Shown here one piece after another: positions 46,746 through 55,403 of a DNA stretch of 64,000 nucleotides. The position numbers and the translations under genes are program-made. Origin of the DNA: Candidatus Hydrogenedentota bacterium (lineage in GTDB: Bacteria > Hydrogenedentota > Hydrogenedentia > Hydrogenedentales > Hydrogenedentaceae); the NCBI GenBank assembly GCA_026415215.1, contig JAOAHN010000072.1, positions 2,899-66,898 on the forward strand, in the 5' to 3' direction. Within the stretch, counting starts at the first letter, position 1. The number at the start of each line of letters is the position of its first letter. Below the pieces are notes generated by a model. That model was not told the origin of the DNA, did not search any database, and saw only the letters and a program-made list of their open reading frames with translations.

Positions 46746-47933
46746 ATGGAGAAAAATATGAACATAAGTGCAGAAATTATTACTATAGGGACCGAGCTTC
46801 TCCTTGGTTCTACTATTGACACAAATTCAATATATCTTGTTGAAAAACTTTCAGAAATTGGGATAGATGTATATAGGAAAGCATCAGTCGGTGACAACCA
46901 GAAAAGAATAGTCCAAATTATTCTTGAATCAATAACCCGTTGTGATGTAGTTATTTGTACTGGAGGATTAGGCCCTACAGTTGACGACCTTACAAGGGAA
47001 AGTGTGGCGGAAGCTACAAATAGCCCTCTAATATTTTATCCAGAAGTATATGAAAAAATCTTTGAACGGTTCCAGCAAAGAAAAATTAAAATTTCAGAAA
47101 ATAATAAAAAGCAAGCTACCTTTCCTGAAGGTTCAATTATAATACCTAATCCTATAGGAACTGCCCCTGGATTCATAAAAGAGTATGAGTCAAAATTTAT
47201 AATATGTCTCCCGGGAGTTCCTTTTGAACTTAAGCCAATGGTAGAAAACACCGTTATTCCTTTTCTGTCATCTAAATTTCCCTCTTCAAATAAACTTTAC
47301 ATTAAGTTCTTAAAAGTCTATGGTTTAGGAGAATCGAGGATAGACCATCATTTAGGAGAGTTGTTATACTCCTCAGACCCCACTTTAGGACTCTTAGCTT
47401 CTCCGGAGTGTGTGAAAATCCGCATAGCCACTAAATCTGATTCTCCAAGCGTTGCAAAACAGAAACTCGATGATATGGAAGCAAAAATAAAGCAAAGGCT
47501 ACCCAATATAGTGCTTCCAGGGGATGACTACTCCCTTGAGAAAGAGATTGATAAGCTTTTACTACAAATCGATAGGAAACTTATTATTGTGGATTGCTCT
47601 ACGGGAGGAATGATTACCTTTAGATTAACTCAAGCAAATTCAGCTTCATTCTTAATCGGATCAGTTATCTCTACACAAATATTTCATGATAACCCTCAGA
47701 TTTGGATTGACATTGCAAAAAAACATATGCTACAATTTCCTTTTGCATATGTTATAGTGCTCCACCCAGATATTGAAAATAAAGAAACAGTAGCAAGGAT
47801 ACTAACCATAGACAGTGAAGAAGCTTATAAAATTCCCTTCTTAGGAACGGAAGAAAAAGATAGGATAAGGATATCTGTTTTTGCGATAGAGTTATTTAGA
47901 AGGAGATTACAAAATATCACGGTTAATCTATAA
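46746..47933 (+). CDS. cinA: CinA-like protein (COG1058 pyrophosphatase domain plus degenerate PncC domain)
   Basis: GTELLLG..DTN, VGD, GGLGPTVDDLT, GTAPG, LPGVPFE, GLGES; C-terminal DCSTGG remnant. Confidence 0.88.
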   Translation: MEKNMNISAEIITIGTELLLGSTIDTNSIYLVEKLSEIGIDVYRKASVGDNQKRIVQIILESITRCDVVICTGGLGPTVDDLTRESVAEATNSPLIFYPEVYEKIFERFQQRKIKISENNKKQATFPEGSIIIPNPIGTAPGFIKEYESKFIICLPGVPFELKPMVENTVIPFLSSKFPSSNKLYIKFLKVYGLGESRIDHHLGELLYSSDPTLGLLASPECVKIRIATKSDSPSVAKQKLDDMEAKIKQRLPNIVLPGDDYSLEKEIDKLLLQIDRKLIIVDCSTGGMITFRLTQANSASFLIGSVISTQIFHDNPQIWIDIAKKHMLQFPFAYVIVLHPDIENKETVARILTIDSEEAYKIPFLGTEEKDRIRISVFAIELFRRRLQNITVNL

Positions 47934-47947
47934 TTTGTTTTAATAAC

Positions 47948-47968
47948 TAACTCCTACAGAAGGAGTTA
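47948..47968 (+). promoter_or_regulatory. 8-bp hairpin sequestering the rlpA Shine-Dalgarno
   Basis: TAACTCCT-ACAGA-AGGAGTTA perfect inverted repeat ending 3 nt before the ATG. Confidence 0.55.
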
Positions 47969-47971
47969 CAC

Positions 47972-48358
47972 ATGTTTTCGATGTTAGCACTTTTGATACT
48001 TTCTTCACAACCCCTTCAGCCATGCATAGAGGGTATAGCATCATACTACACTGTAAAAACCACGAGTAAAATAACCGCATCAGGAGAAACTCTAATTGAC
48101 CATGGTTATACTTGTGCAATGCCTTTTGGAAAGTTTGGTGATTATTATTTAATTGTAAACGAAGCCAATGGAAAAGCTGTCATTTGTCGTCTTAATGATA
48201 GAGGCCCCTTTGTTAAAGGGAGAGTTGTTGACCTTACATTTACTGCAATGAGGGCTCTTGATAAAAAGAAAGGCCTCATACGGGTAAAAATCTATCATTT
48301 AGGAAGTGGTCCATTTAAAACTGGCCCTATAAACTTTTCCCCTCTTTCTAAAAATTAG
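47972..48358 (+). CDS. rlpA: RlpA-family lytic transglycosylase (DPBB only, no SPOR)
   Basis: GIASYY, TASGE, NDRGPF..GRVVDL. Confidence 0.9.
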   Translation: MFSMLALLILSSQPLQPCIEGIASYYTVKTTSKITASGETLIDHGYTCAMPFGKFGDYYLIVNEANGKAVICRLNDRGPFVKGRVVDLTFTAMRALDKKKGLIRVKIYHLGSGPFKTGPINFSPLSKN

Positions 48359-48424
48359 GTCTTCTTTTCCTATAACTCTAACTCTATTGTGCCTCTTTAC
48401 TATTTGTAAAACAGATTTTTAATT

Positions 48425-51400
48425 TTACACCTGTTTTACCCTTATTCTAAGTTCCTCTCCCTCTATCGAAGTCTGTTCTCCTCCATCTGACAGTGAATCG
48501 GTCTCGTATATATATATCTTATTCGCTAAAACTTCCCTCGCAATCATATCACTGAATTCTGTTAAAGCTCCTTTAAGTTTTCCTGATGGTGAAAACAACT
48601 CTAACTGTATTCGGGCATCATAAGGAAGCTGCATCTTCTTCCTAATTTCTTGGATTTCCCTAATAGCATCCCTTACCCAACCTTCTTTTTTCAGCTCCTC
48701 AGTTATGGCAGTAGTAAGAATTACTACCATATTCTTACCTTGAGAAGCGGTAAATCCCTCTTTGGGTATGAGTTTTAAACTTAACTCCTCCTCAGAGAGG
48801 CTTATTTTCTCTCCCTGCAAATCTACTTCTATCCTACCTTTGTTAACTAATTCATGATAAATTTTTCCCCCTTCTAAGGTTCCTAAAGCCTTTGCCAATT
48901 CTTTAACTTTATTTCCAAGCTTGGGCCCCAATAACTTGTAATTAGGCTTCAACTCGTAATCTACATAAAGATGAGGTTCTTCGGAAAACTCTATTTCTTT
49001 GATATTAAGCTCCTCCTTAATAATATCTAAATACGAACTCAATTTTTCCTTAACCTCAGGTAAAGAGACTACTATCTCACATTTCGCTAAAGGTTGTCTC
49101 ACTTTTATATTAGCCAGTCTACGAGCACTTAAACCTAAAGTCACCGCTTCTCTCGCTAACGCCATATTTTCTATTAATTTATAGTCTATTTCACCCTCAT
49201 CCACCTTTGGATAAGTTGCTAAATGAACACTTTCTGCAGACCCTGGATATGGTTTTCTCAAATTTTGCCATGTAATTTCAGTAAAAAATGGAACAAAAGG
49301 AGCTGCAACTCTTGCCAAATTAATCAAGCATTCGTAAAGCGTCCAATAGGCATCTGCTTTGTTCTTTGACCATCCCCCCTCCCAAAATCTTGGTCTACTC
49401 CGTCTTACATACCAATTAGACAATCCTTCAAGAAAATCAGAAATCGCTCTCGCAGCAGGATAAATATCATATTCATCAAGATATTTTCTTACCTGATATA
49501 TCATCTTATTCATCTCATAAAGAATCCATCTATCAAGTTCACTCCTTTCTTCCCAGGGTCTATAAGATTTAACAGGTTCTTCTGACTCAACAACATCTTT
49601 TTCACTTATAGCTTCGGGGGTAGGAGATAAAGCTTGAAGAATCCTTAGAGGTGCTCCCTCAGCTGTAAAACCATCAAGATTAGCATATATAACAAAAAAG
49701 CTATAGACATTATACCACCTTATTAGTAAATCACTTTGCAGTTCCTCTATTAACTTTTCTTGAAACCGTGTAGTTGTAGTAGGAGAATTCTTTGCAACAA
49801 AACTCCATCTCAATGCATCTGCACTATATTTCTCGAAAATGTAATCCGGTTCCTTATAGTTTTTCAGTCTTTTAGACAATTTATAACCATCCTCACCTTG
49901 TATATGTCCCAAACACACACAGCTTTTGAATGGATGAGGATAAGGTTTCTCACCGGCAAATAACATTGTACTTATTGACAGTAAAGCATAGAACCACCCT
50001 CTTGTTTGGTCTATGGCTTCACTTATGAAATCAGCCGGAAAGTTTTCTAAAAATCTTTCTTTGGAACCAGGCAAATGTGGATACCCCCACTGAGCAAAGG
50101 GCATACATCCTGCATCAAACCAACAATCAATTACCTCAGGCACTCTTCTCATCCTTGCGTTCGGGTCTTTAGGACTCTGATATGTAATTGCGTCGATGTA
50201 TGGTTTGTGAACTTTCAAGTGCTCATTTAGGTTCGGATTTTCTTTCTTTGCCTTTTCCCAAACCTCCAACCCTTCTATCCCTGGCTTTGAAAGTAACTCA
50301 TTATAAGATGAAATACATTCCATATAGCCAGTTTTTTCACAAACCCATATCGGTAGAGGAGTTCCCCAAAACCTTTCCCGAGATAAAGCCCAGTCAACAT
50401 TATTTTCTAAGAAATTCCCAAATCTGCCTTCCTTTATGTGTTCAGGCTGCCAAAAAATATTACTATTGTTTTTAAGAAACTCTTCTATAAATGCTGATGT
50501 TTTGATAAACCAACTTTGCCTCGCATATTGAATCAGAGGTTCATCTTCTGCACGAGGACAAAAGGGATATGCATGTCTAAACTGCTCGTGCTTGAGTAAA
50601 AAACCTTTTTCTTTCAGTATTCTAATTATTGCCTTATCCGCATCTTTACAGAACTTTCCAGCTAAAGGTTCACCAGAGTACGGGTCTTTGTCCTTTACTC
50701 TCTCATCAAGAGTCCCGTCAGGTTTAACAAAACATAGGAAACCCACTCCCTTTTCTTTACAAACCTTGTAGTCATCTTCTCCAAAAGCAGGGGCAATGTG
50801 AACAAGGCCCGTACCTGTTTCAATATCCACAAAGTCGCCATCAATGACAATCCAATGTTTATCTGAGACTCCTTCGCCCTCTATTTTCTTAGGAATGTCA
50901 TATTTGAATAGAGGTTCGTATGATAATCCTATCAATTCTTTACCATTGAAAGTTTTTTCTATTTTAATGTTTTCTCCAAGGATTGACTTAGCTACCCCTC
51001 CTGCAACGATTACCCATTCAGATTCCTCACTTTTTTCTACTCTTGCTAATACATATTCTATTTCTGGCCCCACACAGACAGCACAATTACTCAAAAGTGT
51101 CCACGGAGTAGTTGTCCATATTAATAAACTTGCTTTTGCATCCTCAGGTAGCCCTATCCGTTTCTTACTTTCTCCAGTCAAGGGAAATCTAACTGTAACT
51201 GCAGGATCGTCTATGTCTCTGTATCCTTCTCCAACTTCGCCAGCGGACAAAGCCGTCCCACCTTGAGGCCACCACCATACTACCTTATAACCTCTATATA
51301 ACAATCCTTTATCAAATAATTGTTTTAGTGCCCACCACACACTTTCTACATAGGACTGATGATATGTAACATAAGCTTGCTCAAGATCCACCCAAAAACC

Positions 51401-51838
51401 TATACGCTCAGTCATTTCCTCCCACTCTTTTTGATATTTAAATACTGACTCTATACACGCTCTATTGAAAGCTTCTACTCCATACTTTTCTATACCAGTT
51501 TTGCCATCCTCAAATATACCCAATGTCTTTGCTACTTCTATCTCTACTGGAAGGCCATGCGTATCCCAACCCGCTTTTCTCTCGCAGTAATAACCATCCA
51601 TAGTCTTATACCGTGGAAATATGTCTTTTATAGTACGCGTGAGGCAATGACCCGGATGAGGTAACCCATTAGCTGTGGGTGGACCCTCGTAAAAAACAAA
51701 CTTTGGAGAACCTTTTCTTTGTTCAAGACTCTTTTTATATATTTTCTTCTCTTTCCAAAATTTTAGTATCTCTTTTTCAGCTTGTGAAAAGTTAAATTGT
51801 GAAGAAGGTGTTACAGGGTCAAATACCTGTTTTTTCAT
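48425..51838 (-). CDS. ileS: Isoleucyl-tRNA synthetase, type 2
   Basis: FYEGPPTANGLPHPGH, GWDTHGLP, WTTTPWTL, DWALSRERFWGTP, DQTRGWF, KLSKR, SNWYVRRSR; type-2 C-terminus without zinc finger. Start MKKQ after AGGAG. Confidence 0.97.
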   Translation of the reverse strand: MKKQVFDPVTPSSQFNFSQAEKEILKFWKEKKIYKKSLEQRKGSPKFVFYEGPPTANGLPHPGHCLTRTIKDIFPRYKTMDGYYCERKAGWDTHGLPVEIEVAKTLGIFEDGKTGIEKYGVEAFNRACIESVFKYQKEWEEMTERIGFWVDLEQAYVTYHQSYVESVWWALKQLFDKGLLYRGYKVVWWWPQGGTALSAGEVGEGYRDIDDPAVTVRFPLTGESKKRIGLPEDAKASLLIWTTTPWTLLSNCAVCVGPEIEYVLARVEKSEESEWVIVAGGVAKSILGENIKIEKTFNGKELIGLSYEPLFKYDIPKKIEGEGVSDKHWIVIDGDFVDIETGTGLVHIAPAFGEDDYKVCKEKGVGFLCFVKPDGTLDERVKDKDPYSGEPLAGKFCKDADKAIIRILKEKGFLLKHEQFRHAYPFCPRAEDEPLIQYARQSWFIKTSAFIEEFLKNNSNIFWQPEHIKEGRFGNFLENNVDWALSRERFWGTPLPIWVCEKTGYMECISSYNELLSKPGIEGLEVWEKAKKENPNLNEHLKVHKPYIDAITYQSPKDPNARMRRVPEVIDCWFDAGCMPFAQWGYPHLPGSKERFLENFPADFISEAIDQTRGWFYALLSISTMLFAGEKPYPHPFKSCVCLGHIQGEDGYKLSKRLKNYKEPDYIFEKYSADALRWSFVAKNSPTTTTRFQEKLIEELQSDLLIRWYNVYSFFVIYANLDGFTAEGAPLRILQALSPTPEAISEKDVVESEEPVKSYRPWEERSELDRWILYEMNKMIYQVRKYLDEYDIYPAARAISDFLEGLSNWYVRRSRPRFWEGGWSKNKADAYWTLYECLINLARVAAPFVPFFTEITWQNLRKPYPGSAESVHLATYPKVDEGEIDYKLIENMALAREAVTLGLSARRLANIKVRQPLAKCEIVVSLPEVKEKLSSYLDIIKEELNIKEIEFSEEPHLYVDYELKPNYKLLGPKLGNKVKELAKALGTLEGGKIYHELVNKGRIEVDLQGEKISLSEEELSLKLIPKEGFTASQGKNMVVILTTAITEELKKEGWVRDAIREIQEIRKKMQLPYDARIQLELFSPSGKLKGALTEFSDMIAREVLANKIYIYETDSLSDGGEQTSIEGEELRIRVKQV

Positions 51839-51952
51839 CTTATTGCTCCTGCTGGTTAGAGAAAGAAATACTTTAAATATGCACAAATTCCAAGGTAGAA
51901 ATGGAAATTATAATACCAGAAAAAATACTTTCATATCTATTATATGAACTTA

Positions 51953-53626
51953 CTATTGTGTTCCTTTCTGATATTCCTCATACAACCTAAATACATCTTT
52001 AGGAATCTGCCTCTTGTAATTATCAATTTCCAACTTTAGTTCGGGATTCAGAAATACAGCGGTATCTAAATAACATACTGCGGGTTTCCATAGCTTTTGC
52101 GAAATAAATTGTTTTGCTTCTTCTATATAAATACGACTTAACCCCTTTTTGACAGATTCATAATTGAAATAATTATATCCACATAGATTGTAGTTTTTAA
52201 ATATTGGAAAAATTTTTTCCTTGACTATTTTTGGCTCAATGAAATCTGAACGAGTTCCCCACAAATCGGTCCAGTACAACCTTCCATCATATCCCGCACA
52301 CAAAGCGTACCATCCTAAATTCTTCCACAAGGCAATTTTATGCCATTTTCCGTTTTGATAAATAGGTGCAAATATCATAAGTAAATATATAAATATAAAT
52401 CCTACTGTCCCTATTATTCTGAGTATAAATATTTTCCCTGCAATACTATTGATGACAGGCAGTCTAACTTCTTTCTCTTTTATATAAAAATTAGCCAGGC
52501 CTATTAATCCACACCAGAATAGCATACTTGTAGTAATATACCGAGAGGACAGTGCTTGTCCAACGCCTAATCCCGCTCTCCCATAGGTAATTACTAACCC
52601 ACTTAAGGTAGAAAAGAGAATCAAAGATATCCAAAAGAAAAACTTCTCTCTTCCCTTACTAATTCCAATATTATTGTTCTCATCCCTTTTAACCGCACAC
52701 TTATATGAGAGAAATGCTAAAACAGCAAGTCCCACCAATCCAATAATACCAAAGAGATATGCATACCATTTGGGAGTAACAACTTCAGGGCCATGCCACG
52801 GAGGAGCAGTGAAAAATGCATTAAGTGTCCCCCCAATAAAAAGCAAAAAGTATAAAATGTAGTTGCCAATGCTTGCCTTACTTCCTAAGGTGGATATTCC
52901 CGGTTTTGAATATCCACTAAAGTAAGTAAATACTACAACAATTCCAAGGAAAACCCAGATCAGAACCGGCAAAAAATTCTGCCTTTTCTTCAAAAATATT
53001 TTGGAAAAAATTATAGGAAGCGCAGAAAACCATGCTAATAGGCCACCTGCATAGGAAAAAGTGGAAATAAACGCTAAAATTACCGCTAAATAATAGCTTA
53101 TCCGATTAAACCCATTTTTTGAAAGCAAATAAAAACATCCAACTGCTGATGCATTGCTCATATACACCATCATTTGTAGTCCCCACACCCAATTCTCCAT
53201 TTGGTTCCAACTAAATATAAGTAAAGATAGGAGAGAGAAAGTTATGAAGTCTATAGTGCTTAATCCTTTTCCACACTCTACTGTATTATTAGAATTTTTC
53301 ACTTGGGAAACTAATATAGTGAAAACTATAACACTCATAAACACACTCGAGTAAAGTATAAGCAACTCATTCCAGTTACTAATCCAAGCAGTAAATAATG
53401 TCCATATTCTTGGGAAGACAGGTCTATGGTCATTTTGAAAAAATAATAAATCAGATAAATTCAAAGAACCGTTGAGTAGCTTTGAATAAAGTGGCACATA
53501 TAAAATTTCGTCCCAGTAAGGAAACCTATATCCATATCTATATATCAAAATTATCAAAGTTGCAAGCGGAAGAAAAATCAAAGAAAAAGAGAAAAGATAC
53601 TCCACTCGTTTTTTCAAGTACTCCAT
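51953..53626 (-). CDS. Polytopic membrane protein, GT-C-like glycosyltransferase candidate
   Basis: PYWDE after TM1, QNDHR, QMENW, GR..G..ALSSRY; about 11-12 TMs. Confidence 0.6.
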   Translation of the reverse strand: MEYLKKRVEYLFSFSLIFLPLATLIILIYRYGYRFPYWDEILYVPLYSKLLNGSLNLSDLLFFQNDHRPVFPRIWTLFTAWISNWNELLILYSSVFMSVIVFTILVSQVKNSNNTVECGKGLSTIDFITFSLLSLLIFSWNQMENWVWGLQMMVYMSNASAVGCFYLLSKNGFNRISYYLAVILAFISTFSYAGGLLAWFSALPIIFSKIFLKKRQNFLPVLIWVFLGIVVVFTYFSGYSKPGISTLGSKASIGNYILYFLLFIGGTLNAFFTAPPWHGPEVVTPKWYAYLFGIIGLVGLAVLAFLSYKCAVKRDENNNIGISKGREKFFFWISLILFSTLSGLVITYGRAGLGVGQALSSRYITTSMLFWCGLIGLANFYIKEKEVRLPVINSIAGKIFILRIIGTVGFIFIYLLMIFAPIYQNGKWHKIALWKNLGWYALCAGYDGRLYWTDLWGTRSDFIEPKIVKEKIFPIFKNYNLCGYNYFNYESVKKGLSRIYIEEAKQFISQKLWKPAVCYLDTAVFLNPELKLEIDNYKRQIPKDVFRLYEEYQKGTQ

Positions 53627-53692
53627 CCTTTACTCCTATTTTTTTCATTAGTTTTTAATGATTCACCATTTTACTATAAAAAAAGGCTATGT

Positions 53693-53722
53693 TTGCACTA
53701 TTTTTATATCGTTTGCTATCAT
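53693..53722 (+). promoter_or_regulatory. Sigma70-type promoter for the hpf-hprK-PTS operon
   Basis: TTGCAC - 18 nt - TATCAT with extended TG. Confidence 0.55.
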
Positions 53723-53777
53723 TTCATACGATAAATAATAAATAATATTTAAGGAGAACAGTTGGAGGTATTCAAGA

Positions 53778-54347
53778 ATGAATGTGAGTATCGCTGGAAA
53801 ACACATGGAAATGTCAGATGCATTAAAATCTTACATTGAGAACGGATTAAAAAAACTCGAACACTACTTCGATAGGATAGTTGATGCCAATGTAGTGTTA
53901 ACTGTTGAAAAACATCGTCACATCTGCGAAGTAAACTTAAATGTTAACGGGTTTAGAATTCACGCTAAGGAATCCTCTACAGACATGTATGCTTCTGTGG
54001 ACACAGTTATTGACAAGTTAGAAAAACAAATTAAGAAGTTTAAGGATAAACTGAAAAATCATAAACCCAGACACAGGGAAGAAACTAAATCATATAAACA
54101 TCTAATCATAGAAGTTAAAGAAGAAACGACTAAGCCAGAGTCCAAAGAAGAGATACCCATTGTATCACATGAAATTATCCACAGAGAGCATATAACTCTT
54201 AAGCCTATGACTGTAGAAGAAGCTTTGATGCAGATCCAGCTTTTAGAAGAGCCTTTTCTCGTATTCATAAATGCTGAGACATCCCAAGTGAATGTAATTT
54301 ACCCAAGAGGAGATTGTACCTTCGGATTAATAGAACCCCAGTTTTAG
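53778..54347 (+). CDS. hpf: Ribosome hibernation promoting factor, long form
   Basis: S30AE domain (DMYASVD...LEKQIKK) plus C-terminal KPMTVEEA...F.N....VNVIY; GGAGGT SD. Confidence 0.95.
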   Translation: MNVSIAGKHMEMSDALKSYIENGLKKLEHYFDRIVDANVVLTVEKHRHICEVNLNVNGFRIHAKESSTDMYASVDTVIDKLEKQIKKFKDKLKNHKPRHREETKSYKHLIIEVKEETTKPESKEEIPIVSHEIIHREHITLKPMTVEEALMQIQLLEEPFLVFINAETSQVNVIYPRGDCTFGLIEPQF

Positions 54348-54381
54348 TGCCATCTTTATTTAATTTAAGGCATACAACCTA

Positions 54382-55377
54382 ATGGAAAAAAGCAAATTAG
54401 CACCTTACTTAGGTGATAAGCCCAATAAAATATCTTCTCTCCCTGTGGCTGAAATTTTCAAAGACCCCATATGCAATGAACTCAATCTAAAACTTATAGC
54501 AGGTTTTCAAGGAACTAATAGGAAAATCTACACTGCGGACATTAACAGACCAGGATTAGCACTAACAGGATATCTCGAGTACTTTGCCAATGACCGAATC
54601 CAAGTAATGGGAAATACAGAAATAAACTACCTCAGAAAACTCACCTCTTCTAATGTTGAAGCAAGGTTAGTCTCTATATTTTCTTTTGAGGTTCCAGCCT
54701 TTTTACTTTCGCGGGGTCTTGAACCGCCTCAAGTATTTTTAGATGTGTGTAACAGACATGGAGTCCCAGTTATACAATCTACTCTAAGCACCGACCAGGT
54801 AATTAGCAGGGTAATCCTATACCTCGCAGAAAAATTCTCTCCGAAAGCCACCATACATGGAACTGCGGTAGATTGCTTCGGTGTAGGAGTGTTACTTGTA
54901 GGGAAATCAGGTGTAGGCAAAAGCGAAACAGCGCTTGAACTGGTTGAAAGAGGTCATAGGTTGGTAGGAGACGATGTTATAGTCCTTAAAAAGGCGATTG
55001 AAGAAGCTATCATTATGGAGCCTAATCCAGAGTTCGAACACTATATGCATATAAGAGGAATTGGTATGGTAGATGTATTCGCAGTATATGGAGCAGGCCA
55101 TATTCGTAGAAAAAAAGAATTAGGCTTAATAGTAGAACTTGTAGAAACAAAAAGAAGGGGGGCTATTGACAATTTAGATGAATTACTCAAGGGTTGGCCT
55201 AATGAAAACTTGCTTGATGTAAAAATTCCTTTCCTGAGAATTCCAGTAGGTCCTGGAAGAAATACTGCAGTAATCGTAGAGTCCGCTGCACTCAAGTGCA
55301 GATTAAAAGAATTAGGAATAGACATTGATAAAGTTTTTGCGGAAAAGTCCATTGGAAGGATGTTGAACAATAGCTAA
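54382..55377 (+). CDS. hprK: HPr(Ser) kinase/phosphorylase
   Basis: NRPGLAL.G, IHG, GKSGVGKSE, LVGDD, IRGIG, PGRN. Confidence 0.95.
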   Translation: MEKSKLAPYLGDKPNKISSLPVAEIFKDPICNELNLKLIAGFQGTNRKIYTADINRPGLALTGYLEYFANDRIQVMGNTEINYLRKLTSSNVEARLVSIFSFEVPAFLLSRGLEPPQVFLDVCNRHGVPVIQSTLSTDQVISRVILYLAEKFSPKATIHGTAVDCFGVGVLLVGKSGVGKSETALELVERGHRLVGDDVIVLKKAIEEAIIMEPNPEFEHYMHIRGIGMVDVFAVYGAGHIRRKKELGLIVELVETKRRGAIDNLDELLKGWPNENLLDVKIPFLRIPVGPGRNTAVIVESAALKCRLKELGIDIDKVFAEKSIGRMLNNS

Positions 55378-55403
55378 CCTAAAATTTAGTTTCAGGAAAT
55401 ATT

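Noticed and set aside
46057-46761. 234-aa plus-strand ORF
   Set aside because: Antisense shadow of hemW with no motifs.
51839-51952. T-box leader for ileS
   Set aside because: The gap is only 114 nt, with a TATAAT about 70 nt from the start and no T-box or terminator motif.
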